Below the pieces are notes generated by a model that made no database searches, was not told the origin of the DNA, and saw nothing but the letters and a program-made list of their open reading frames with translations. This document shows, in pieces, positions 1 to 11,400 of a DNA stretch of 64,000 nucleotides; within the stretch, counting starts at the first letter, position 1, and each line of letters starts with the position of its first letter. The translations under genes were made by a program, and so were the position numbers. This stretch comes from Antechinus flavipes (lineage: Eukaryota): assembly GCF_016432865.1 (NCBI RefSeq), contig NC_067401.1, forward strand, positions 185,318,001 to 185,382,000, read 5' to 3'.

Positions 1-2751
1 TCACACTATATTCCAGGAAAAATTTCAAATGGATACATGGTAAAGAATCACAACATAATTTCTGATTACTCAAATAAATTAACCTTTTTAGTTTTATCTG
101 GATTCTTGTGTTTGTATTTCAAAGTTCCCATTGAGATGAGAATCTTTTCATGAGAAGTGTTTCATTCTTTTAAAGAGCTACTTTCTCCCTGGTAAAATCA
201 CATTTTGCAAAATAAGTTATTCTTAGTTGTAAGTCTATGTATTCCAAATTGTAAAGTGCTTAGTACAGTCTCTGGGACATAGTAAATACTATGTAAATGT
301 TAATAATGGTTTTTTTTTCATTATGAAATATTCTTGAGCCAATCTCTTACAATTTCTAACTATATAAAATTTTCTCTTATTATTCCTATAGGTGTGAGAA
401 CAGGGGGTCAATTCTGAAAAACAATTTCATTGCAGCTTGCTTTTTGAAAGTTTTATTATGATTTTGTTTATGTAGCCTTTGTGTATGAGTGAGTTTATAT
501 GTACGTGTACATGTATGTAAGTATATGTGTGTTTATATGTGACTCTTAATCCCAATTTCTCCTCACAGTGGTAAATCAGATCCCCAAAGAGCAGCAAGCT
601 ACATCTCCTCTTCAATGTTCCAGGGGATATCCTCGAGGATTAGAATATTTTTCTTATGCCATCAGCTTGAATACCTATTACAGTGTGTTCTTCTCAATAT
701 TAATTGCCAGTTGTAATCTCTCTTTATTAGCACCCCAATATCATTTAATGTAATTGGTGTTTACAAAGGAACATTTACTAAAAAAAAACAACAACAACAA
801 AAAAAAAACTCAGCAAGAATAGAAGCATAAAAAACATTATTTCAGATTATACTTTCCTCTAGATCAACTAGCTCAGTCCTTGTAAGAGTGGGATCATGCT
901 TAAAGAAATTGCTACAAAGCACTTACCTCACCAAGTTCCCTCAAATTCAGCAAGAAGATGAATTGGCAGGATATAATGTGTCAATTATGATTTGATCTCA
1001 GGCTGGGTTGGGCTGGTCCAGCAGATCCACGAATCTCTGATCCTCATCTGGCCTTGGTAACTCACAAACTATGGGTTCTATTTTGGGGATCCCTGAGTCT
1101 AATTTTGTGAAACTCATGAAGTTAAGAGACTAGTTTATTCCATTTCAATACTTCTTCATCTAAGATCAGGAAAAAAAAGAAACACAATAGAGACAGAAAT
1201 ATAATTTCACCATGACTATCTATCACTAAGGTAGACTGCCAGAGTTTTCCGTACCCACTGGCTTACAGCAGTCATTTCCTTTCTTACAAAGGAAGAAAAT
1301 AGAGATATCTATTTGACAACTTACTGTCTTTTGTTTGGCTATTCTTTTCCCATTCAGTAGACAGTCAAAAAGCCACTTTTGACCATACAGTAAGTGGACT
1401 GGAACCAGTCACAAAATATTTTTGTTTTGCTGAACATTTTGCTAAAGTAGAGGACCTAGCTCCTTCATGCTATGAATTTCTAGTTCATGACTAGGAACTT
1501 GCTAGGCAGTCACACATTACTTGGTCATGCTACAGTTTTTAATTATTCAATTTCAACAAATCACATCGCTAATAAAAAGTAAAATTGTCTAATTCCTTTG
1601 AATGAAATCAGGAAGTCATGAAAAAAGAGTGCCCCCCAAAATGATAGGGCATTAGAGAAGAGATAAGAGAATTTCCCTTATTGGTAATTTTGGAGAATAT
1701 TCCAGGTCATCCCTGTTGATATACATAAAACACACAGTTATTGTAGAGAACTCAGGTTAGTGGAGGGGAGGAGTAGTTTTTCTCATGTGTACTTGGAGCA
1801 CCCCCTGATGGCCAAATATGATCACTACATCTCCAACCACTTGGTTAATTAATGAATAGAATGTAGAATTGGTAGAATGCACAGGGATTCATAATTCTTA
1901 AATCAGCACCATTTGAATGCCTAGCCCACATCACTTATCATTTATCATAGATAAAGAAAATGCCTTTGATAAAATCCAACATAAATTAACAAGAAATGCA
2001 CTTTAAAAAACCCCAAGGTAATTACTTTTTAAGTCAAAAGCTAGCATAGGAGCATTCCTACTTAAAATAGGTACAAAACTAGAATGTTCATTTTTACCTT
2101 CTTAACAGTGTTAATAATGACAATTTTAATAATTACATAAACATAGAGATTAGTTAAATTAACAATGGAAAATCAATAAATATTAAATGCCTACTATGTG
2201 CCATGCAGTGTTCTAAGAGCTAAGGATATAAAAAGAGGCAAAAAAAAGACAGTCCTTGTCTTCAAAAAGCTTTAAATCTATGGAGAAGATGATAAGCAAA
2301 CAAATAAGTGCAAAGCAAGCAATAAAAAATTAATGGAATTAAGGTAGGTTAAGAAAGACTTCTAATCAAAGAGTTCCATGTCATCACCTTTGTCTCTTAA
2401 AATTTGTAGACTTCTTTAAAGTTCTTCTCAAATTTTGCTACCTGAAACTTTTCCTGTTCTCCCCAGTTCCCTATCCTACTATCTCCCATGAATTTGTCTA
2501 TATTTTGTATATACATATGAATATGTTGCCTCCCCTATTAAAATATAAGTTCTGTCAAGGCAGAGAATTTTTCATGTTTGTTTTTGCATAGCCAGCACTT
2601 AACAAAAATGCCTTTCACATAGTTGGTGCTTAAGAAATGTTTATAGATTAGTTAATTTATATGACATGATGGAGTTTTTGTTATAGTAATTTGTAGAGTT
2701 CAAAGATGGCTTTCACAAAAGAATCAGACAAGCTTGCAATCCTGGAAAAGT

Positions 2752-3361
2752 TTTTTTTTTTTTTTAATAATTATAACTTTTTATTGACAGTACATATGCA
2801 TGGGTAAATTTTTTTTTTTACAACATTATCCCTTGCACTCATTTCTATTCTGATTTTTCCCTTCCCTCCCTTCACCCCTTCCCCTAGATGGCAAGCAGTC
2901 TTATACATGTTAAATATGTTATAGTATATTCTAGCTACAATATATGTGTGCAGAACTGAACAGTGTGCAACTTCCAGTTGCACAGGAAGAATTGGATTCA
3001 GAAGGTAAAACTAACCTGGGAAGAAAAACAAAAGTGCAAACAGTTTACACTCATTTCCCAATGTTCCTTCTCTGGGTGTAGCTGCTTCTGTCCATCATTG
3101 ATCAATTGGAACTGAATTAGATCTTCTCTTTGTCGAAGATATTCATTTCCATCAGAATATATCCTCATACAGTATTGTTGTTGAAGTGTGTAGTGATCTC
3201 CTGGTTCTGCTCATTTCATTCAGCATCAGTTCATCTAAGCCTCTCCAAGCCTCTCTGTATTCATCCTGCTGGTCATTTCTTTCAGAACAATAATATTCCA
3301 TAATATTCATATGCCACAATTTACCCAACCATTATCCAATTGATGAGCATCCATTCATTTT
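2752..3361 (-). mobile_element. 5'-truncated young marsupial LINE-1 (3' end) with TSD
   Basis: Poly(T) at the left end; L1 3' UTR/ORF2-end sequence; 12-bp TSD TCCTGGAAAAGT at 2740-2751 and 3362-3373; homologous to the copy at 28629. Confidence 0.9.
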
Positions 3362-4886
3362 TCCTGGAAAAGTCTTAAAGCTTTCCCTTTTCCAAATTAA
3401 AATTCACTTTGCAATTGAAGTTCTGTAGTAGGAACCTTAGGTCAATTTTGTGTGATAATAGTTTTCAAGTCAAAGTAGTGGTAGGAATGAGGAGGAGGTT
3501 GTCAAAAATAGACTTGTGAAAAAGCAAGTAAATGGATAAGCATGAGGAATAATAAGAAATATGGAATGAACTTTCTGAAATACTTCAAAGTGAAAAAAAC
3601 AACTAGAGTAAAAGGTACACACTAATTGCAAGTATATAAAAAGTTAAATAAATGGAAATTAATTGAAGTGTTATTAAAATGTTGTATTTCAGGCATTAAC
3701 ATTTATTTATTTAAATGCCCATCATTGAAAAGCTAGTTTAGTAGGTTACATTGGTGTTTAATGTTGTCTAAATTTTTTTTTTTAAAGAATGGAATAGAAA
3801 GGGGTGGATTTGTGAGAGATCTATCCCCATAACTTACACCAAGAATCTTTCTGGAGCATCAGCTCCTCTTCATAGAACTGACCTTCACTACTTTTTTTTA
3901 CATTAGTTCCAGGATTTTCATTTTTCTAATCCTTCCCTGATTATTGATTGAGGAATCATATTTCCAGATTTTCTTCATTCTCTAAACCAGTTTAGGACTC
4001 TAAATTCAGAGATCTGTCAGAATCAATGCCTAATTACTTACCTTCTGTGGCTCTTATGGATACATTGGATACACTTGTCTGTCATGACCTCTCTCTTTCC
4101 TCTTCTTATTATTACTCCATTTCTCTAAGAAAGTACAAGAGTGTATTTTCTAGATTTTTAAAAGTAAGGGTAAATAATATGGATAAATTCAGAAATACTG
4201 TATATGAAAGAATTAGAAATTAAAGTAAAAAGAAAACTTGTTAGTTCCAGACTGAATAGGAATTTAGATTTCTTCAAGCCTTTTTTTGCTCTTTAGTTAT
4301 TTCCTCTTGGCTACAGAATCTAAAGCCCCCTCTACCACTGGTCTCAAAATGAAAATGTTCTAACTCCAAACAATCCCATAGATTTAGTTAGTTGTTCATC
4401 TGAAGAACACTGGTACCTTTTTTCTTTACATGCTTAGTGCCAAAGGAAAATTCAGCCTTCTGATTGACGAGTAGATTTGAAAAAATGTAATCCTTAATTT
4501 AACTTGATTCCTCCTCCCTCTCAAAAGATGGAATTCTCAAAGATGGAATTTGTGCATTATCTTTTCAAAAATTAGAATAATTTAGCCTGACACAGATTAT
4601 CTTCAAAGTTAAAGAAAATATCCATTTTTTATTAAAGGATTGAAGAAAACATTTTCAGAAATAATAAATAGGTCACTAGCACTAGCTTCCATTTCAATGA
4701 TGGAAACTGAAATGAATTCACTTACTCTAAACCAGCTGGAGAACAGAGGGGCTTTCTTTTGTAGGAGTGAGATGGGGTGGGAAAGGCAAGTAGAGAAGGG
4801 AAAAAAATTTATGGTCACTATGTGCAACACAAAAGCTAAAAGTGTGTTTATTAGCTACTTGGCAATTTGGCTTGGAGTAATCTCTT

Positions 4887-5457
4887 TGTTATGCCACAGT
4901 TCTCTTTTATTGTCCTGTTTCAGTTTCCCTAATTTTCCTGATCCAGTCCTGACTCAGTTTCTCTGCTTCAGTTTATAATTATCAGGTCAAAGTTCAGTCC
5001 TGCAAAACCTTCCTTCTATCTTTATCACAATATTTGATAAGGATAAAAGATCTTATGTTTTAGAATATCAGAATGACTCTCCCCATCCCAAGCTATCCGA
5101 ATGTCAGATACTGTCTTATCAAGATGCCTCCCCCCATCTCTGGGGTTCCTCCCCCCATTAGGACATCCCATCCCCCATGCCTCCCCTCCCCTTGTCAGAA
5201 CTGGATTGTCAGAGTCCCATTGCCGCTCTCAGCACCTAGACTCTGCCCCTGCCTCAATCTAACCCCTGAGTCTGAGCCATTTGTATATAGGTCATTGAGA
5301 ACTCACATTGTTGGCTGGATTCTTGGAGACAATAGTCTCATTCAGTCCTGGGACCAAACCATGGATCCATTTGGTCACAGTAAATCTCTCCCATTTAATA
5401 AAATTATTAAAAACTCTCTAATCTCTATCTTGCTTCAGTTTCTCCAGCATTATATCA
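4887..5457 (+). mobile_element. Probable solo ERV LTR
   Basis: TG...CA-bounded 570-bp block with U3-like pyrimidine/C-rich part, TATA-like TGTATATA at about 5284, AATAAA at about 5397 and U5-like tail. No TSD found; boundaries approximate. Confidence 0.5.
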
Positions 5458-7479
5458 TCAAAGAGCTAAAACATCCCTCCAATTAAGAAAATATAGTAAT
5501 TGATAGCAACATTTTGGCAGAGAACGGGACAGGGGCAATTTCAAAGGTAGAAGTAAAGAAGTACTCTAATTGCATTGAGTTCCTTTTTAAATAATATACT
5601 AAGTTGTCTATTAAGAATTTTCTCAGTAGTTCAGGAGTCTGGGAGTAAAGAGGTTGGAAAATGATTCAATCTTTGGAGTTTCCTTTGTTATTTACTCTAT
5701 TACTACCTATTATATACCAATTTGGTATGGAAATATGAGTTGTTGACTACACAAAACATTTTAAATACTAAGATTCTTGGATATCAAGGAGTTAGTTCCA
5801 AAGTGGAGTGGGATCTTTAAATAATCAAATAGACATAGTCAGTAGGTCAGTGCTGAACATCAAGTAGTGTAGGGTTAAGACTGGGATGAAATGAGGCATT
5901 TGCAACCCATCTAACAGTTAGCTATTGCTAGAGCAGGAGGATGTTTAGGGAGGATACAGTGTTGATTCAGCTGAGCACAACTTTCCTAAACCAAGTTGGT
6001 CAGGCTGGTTCAAGGTCAGAACACTGAGGGTAGAGGTTGAAGCTCCTTACTGTACTTAGGCAATCAGGAAGCTACTACAACTGTCCTAAACCTTAGTCCC
6101 TGAGCCAATTAAGTCTCCAGGACAGTTTTAATGCCTTTTAAGGAAAAGAACTTGCCCTCCCTCCCTCTTCCTGCTCCAGCCCATGTGAGGGGGAACACAA
6201 AGAGTGTCTTTTGGATCCCAGAGGCATAGGAGGGGATGAAAAGTATTCAATCAAAAGATGTGGAGTCTGGAACAATTGAGATTGTCCCAGACTGAGAGGG
6301 GTATTTCAGAGAGGGGGAAATTACTTTGGGGGGAAATCCCACTAAATCATATAGCTCTTTAAATTCCTATGTACTTATTTCCTATTTTGTATATATCTGT
6401 ACAGATCAAATCTCCTCTAAAGGCTTTAAAGTTCCTTGAGGGTAAGACAAAGTGTTACTCATCTTTACAGTCAGATTCCTTACTATAATAATCACAAAAA
6501 TGATTACTAAACGAAATTCAGTTTAAATATTTATTGAGTCCACTGTGTGCAGGTACTGCACTAAGCCCAAGGGAAACAAAAGCTTTTTTGGGAAAAATCT
6601 GAAGTGCCTGCTCCCAGTGATTCTATTTGGAAAAAGAAAGAATGTAATCTCACTCAGGTATTATTTTTAGACACTCCCTAGGGTGGCTTATTTGTTGCCA
6701 ATCCTAGCCACAGCCTTTTCACTCATTCCTCTCCAACAGAATTTCATTAGTGACTCCTTATTGTCTTCGAACATCCTGTTCTTTCTTCTCTCCTTTAGAA
6801 TTTTCCCAACTCCCCAAAGCGACTAGCTTACTCTAGTTAGTATTTGCTTTTTTTGGTAGGGAAAAGGAACTAAGGCTGTACCTGTTATTTCACTATTGTA
6901 GGGAACTCTCAGTGAAGAAACTTCCTCTACCAACGCAGGACGGCAATTTTCCTGCAACTTTAGTCACAGAATTGCCTAGAGAAAAGTTAAAAGACTTGGT
7001 CAGGGAGTACACCATCCTGCCTGTTGTTTAATAATTTAATTATACAATTTAAATTATGTATGATTTGTTTTAATATATGAATTTTATGTATGTGTTCTAT
7101 ATATATGTAGTTAACACATTAAAAGAATATAAAGCATAAATGTTGCATACATCCAGCCCTTAGCAGTGCCTGGCTCAAAGATGAGGCTAAATAAATAATG
7201 TTGACTGATTGATAGTGTGTTCTTCAAGGACAATGGATTGAGTACTCTTCCCTTCCACAAACTTCGCAACTCCGCTGACCACAAAAAAAAACGCTAAGAA
7301 ATATTTTTAAAAAGTGATGAAGAAATAGTAGCAGTAGCTTTGGTCCAGGAGCAAGCACATTAAACTGACACTTCGACACTCTGCCTCAACCTTTTCCCCG
7401 CCCTTTTTCTCCAATCTACGAGTCTGCGCAACAAGGCAGACAAAAGAGAAATTGGGGGAGGAGAGAAAGAGGGAGAAAA

Positions 7480-8420
7480 TGACATAAGCAGGCGCTTCGT
7501 CCTTCGACACGCCCTTGGAAGGGGTGAGGAAGAGTGGACCGATAGGTCCCTTCTGCGCAAGCGTAGCTCAGGGTGTCCTGCATGTGTGCGTGCATGCGTG
7601 TAGTATTAGGGGTTAGGGGTAGGGTTAAAGGTTTCAGCTCGGGTGCGCGCGCTAACTAGTCACGGTCACGCGCTCCTCGACGCCTGCGCTGTACTTTTTC
7701 TCAGGTCTCGGCGAGGGGCAGGCGGGTGCTGAGCGCGCCTGCGCAGTAGACAGCAGTGCCGGCGGCTGTGGCGGCAGGGGGAGGGAGGCGGAGGAGGCGG
7801 AGGCGGCGGCGGCGGTGGCGAAGGCGGCGAAGGCGGCTCAGCGAAGGCGCAGGCGAAGGCTTCCCGGGATTGAGGTAGTAGCTGAGGAGACGGCGGCGGC
7901 GGCGGCCATTTCCCTCACAGTGGCGGAGACCGAGGCGGCGGCGGACGGGGAGCGGCCCGGCCCCGGCCCCCTGCTCGTCGGTTGTGGCGGGGCCGGTGTG
8001 GGGCCTGCCCGGCTCCCGCCCCCTGCGGCGTCCCCGCCGGCTCCTCCTCCTCCCCCGGGGGGGCGGCGCAGGGGGCCCGGCCCGGCCCGAGCTCAGGCCG
8101 CTGCCGCTGTCGGAGGAGGAGGAGGAACAGGAGGAGGAGGAGGGTCAGGAGTAGCAGCGACAGCAGCCGCAGCAGCAGCAGCAGCAGCCGCAAGCGGCAG
8201 TGGCCCCTCCATGGGCGGCCTAGCTGCCGGGAGGGACATGGAACCGGGGCTGCCCGTCGAGGTGCGTGGCTCCAACGGGGCCTTCTACAAGGTGAGGCGG
8301 CGCTCCGGCCGGGAACACCTGTCCGTGCCTGCAGGCCGGGGAAGCAAGGGGCTGTCGGGACTCCTCCTTGCCCACTTCATAACCCGCCTCGAGGAGACAC
8401 TCCCCGGGCCTATCTCCTCG
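7480..8420 (+). promoter_or_regulatory. CpG island / promoter and GC-rich 5' leader of FXR2
   Basis: Dense CpG; NRF1-like GCGCCTGCGC at about 7735-7744; GGC, GGA and GCA triplet runs; no ATG between about 7745 and 8210. Confidence 0.85.
8112..8192 (+). repeat. Interrupted (GGA)n and (GCA)n triplet repeats in the FXR2 leader
   Basis: (GGA)5 8112-8126, ACA, (GGA)4 8130-8141; GCA GCC (GCA)6 GCC GCA 8163-8192. Confidence 0.9.
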
Positions 8421-11400
8421 ACCCCCCCCCCCCCTTCCCTAACCCCTCAGTGACTGCTCCTGATCTCTCGTCTGCTTCCCTCCTTCCCGGGGCAGAGACA
8501 GTCATTCCTCCTGCTCCCCAAAAGACCTCACCACAGGAACACCCTTCTTGTTCATTCCACAGCTGACCTTCCCTTCTGTGTTCACCAAAGGTTAAGACTT
8601 TAATTCTGTTTTTGGGTAACCCACCCCCTAAATCTGGGAGAGACCTCAGTCCATTATCTCAGGTAGAGCCCCTCCTACTTCGTATTTCCTAACTGAGGGA
8701 GAAAAAGGATGAAACCGAGCTCAAATAGCAGTAGCACCCCCTGACCTCTAGGAAGTCTATGCTCTGCCATTCATTTTGCTTTCTCATTCGTCGATGGCTT
8801 CATTATACAAGTCCTCTACCTCCATACTTCTACTTTCCACGCAAGACCTACCTAGACTATTCCTTGATCCGGGTAAGGACCAGTACATGTATGCATTATC
8901 GATGTCATGCCCCAAGCCGAGTTTATGTTTTTCTCAAGGGACCTCAAGTGAACCCCTTTCCCAAGAGTGAATACCCCTTTCTTTTGTTTTTCCCTAAGGT
9001 ATTTCTGTCTCTGGAATGTTCCCTAGTAACTTCCCTATTTGGGCATTCTCCTATAGCTCTTTTTTAGGGAGTCCCTTTGAAGAACCCTTTTTCTGTACCC
9101 AACCTCCTCTCTAAAGGCATTTCTGCAGAGATTCCCTCCTTTGTCCACACCCTTTTCTACCCACCTCTAATTTGGTTTCTGGGGTATCCTTTCATAGGTA
9201 AAATAATTGAAGTTGAAGATTCATTGCATCCCAATATTTTTCTTCTTAATTCTCTAATATGGGGGGGCTGGGACGGGCCATCCTTGTAACTTACATCCTG
9301 CCAACGTTTTTGTTCTACCTCCCAGGCCTGAGTTTGAACATATATTGTAGCCTATCCTACATCTGGAAGAACTAGAATGTAAGTTTCTTGAGGGTAGATT
9401 GTCATTTTTGTCTTTATCCAGTTCCTAGCAAATAGTTACTTAATAAATGTTTGTTAAAATTTCTCCTATATAGCCACATATGAGGTGAGAGCTTGCTCTC
9501 CCTTCCCTCTCCTCCTTTACCCAATAGACCCCCATACCTTTGAGATGTTCTGCTCCCTTTCTTTTCCAAAGCATATTTCACATTATAACTAAAAAGAATT
9601 TGGTGTTTGCTATGGGGTATACTCTTTTTTCTGTCATCTGATAGTTTTCTGGTAATCTGGGTTTCAGCTCACTCCTTAATCTAACTAATTAACTATATAA
9701 ACTTAGCTTAATCAACTTGAATGTTATTTTCAATCAAATTCTTTCTTAAGCAAAAAGAAGTACCTTAGTTGATTCTTTGTCATTTCTTTCATAAACCCAG
9801 GGTTCCTCCTTCAATTTTAGATTATATGATAATGCAGAGTCTTCAAAATGGCACCCCCGAATAAACTCTTGTTTCCTCTTGGACCCGTCCCATAGCAGCA
9901 TTTCTATTTGCCCTGGCAAAAATTCCTCCATTTCTAATTCTATGTGTCTTGGTAGCATATGCTTGTCTTCACTCTTTTTTTTCCCCTTACATTTCCCTCT
10001 TTTTTGAACTGTACTTCCAGATGCCTGCTTAATCTTGACTGTTCCTTTGCCCTCTTTTTTCTAAACTGCCAATCTTAGGAGAAAAAAGGATTTTGAGATT
10101 AGGTCACAGGTTTTATTGAACTATAAGATGTTCTATTTAGTCTTCTTTTATTCTTCTGTTTACTGGTATCTAGGGACAGTTTCTAGAGAAGATGGATCTT
10201 TAGGAAGAATCATCTAGATGAGAGAGGAGATTCCTTCCTTCCATCCCTACCCCCTACCCCTTGTCATATACACAGGTAGCTAAAACTTCTTTTAAAAACT
10301 TAGTTGCTCCTATATTGTATTAAATCTTTCTCTTAAGCAAATGTAAATGTGGTAAAGGTGAGAATTTGATTTAAAGTGAGGATGGACTTTGGAAGTGAGT
10401 ATTTGTTGGGAAATAGATCACATGGATTTCTGTATGCTGACATTTCTTATTTAAATCTTAAAATTTAATTTCTCCCATTTTGAAAAGACTAGAATACCTT
10501 AGAACAATCTATTTACATGCTAACTTTTTTTTTTTTTTTAAACCACAACCATTCTCTGCTGGACTCTCTATCCTTTTGTATTTGAATACTTTTTCTCTGT
10601 CTTTAGAAACTTTTCATGACTCAACAGATCGTGGTAGTTAGTAAGAAAGTAAAAAATGTTGTTTGAAAACAATATCCCCTGATATATAGGATCCTGATAA
10701 GGTTCCTCTCTTTCTCATGGATGTGGGAATCCTGTTGTAGATCCTCTTCTAAGAGAGACAGTGTCACCTCTTAATATCCCTCCAAAGAGCCTACATGTAT
10801 TTCTACTTCAATCTTTGGCTCTTTCAAATTCCATTGTCAGTCTACTTCTAAGATAGAAACATAGCTCCTAATCTTCACAGGTGCTTGGACCTGGTTGATT
10901 CTTCTCTTTAGGCAGGTTGGCCCTCTCCTGAGAGCTCCCCATAGCTCATCATATTGATGCTAGACTTAGTTCAGAAATTGATCAGCAGAGACCACTACAG
11001 CTCTGAACTCCCTAGCTCAAGAAATTCACCAATGTCTGTGCCCCTTGTAGTAAGGTTTTTTGTGCCACCATGCGCAGCCTCCTATTTTATTCTAAGGAAC
11101 CTCCTTCTAAACTCAACCTTTCAATTTCCAATTCTCTCACATGGAGCTTCCTGCCAAGATTATATTATTTGGGGAAAGTTCCATAATCAAAGTTAAATAG
11201 ACCTTAGTTGTGGTAATAAATTCAAAGAAGCTATCATGCCTACTTTGTTTTGGAAGGAAGGAGGAAGTAAGGTTTAATTAGAGTCTCCCCATCTGGACAA
11301 TGGAGAGAACCTCACGCCTGTTCCCGCTTTTCCCTCAATTTCTTTGACATTTCCCTTGCTTCACTGAATAAGGTAGGGTTATTTAGCAATGGCTTAGTCT

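Noticed and set aside
390-1060. Splice-like sites and short frames near the window start (acceptors at about 390 and 568, minus donor GGTAAGT at about 921-927)
   Set aside because: No frame matched SAT2, SHBG or any protein I recognise; stops occur in all frames.
7915-8566. Alternative-frame ORFs (92, 194 and 60 aa) over FXR2 exon 1
   Set aside because: By-products of GC-rich triplet repeats; only the frame continuous with the FXR2 ATG is supported.
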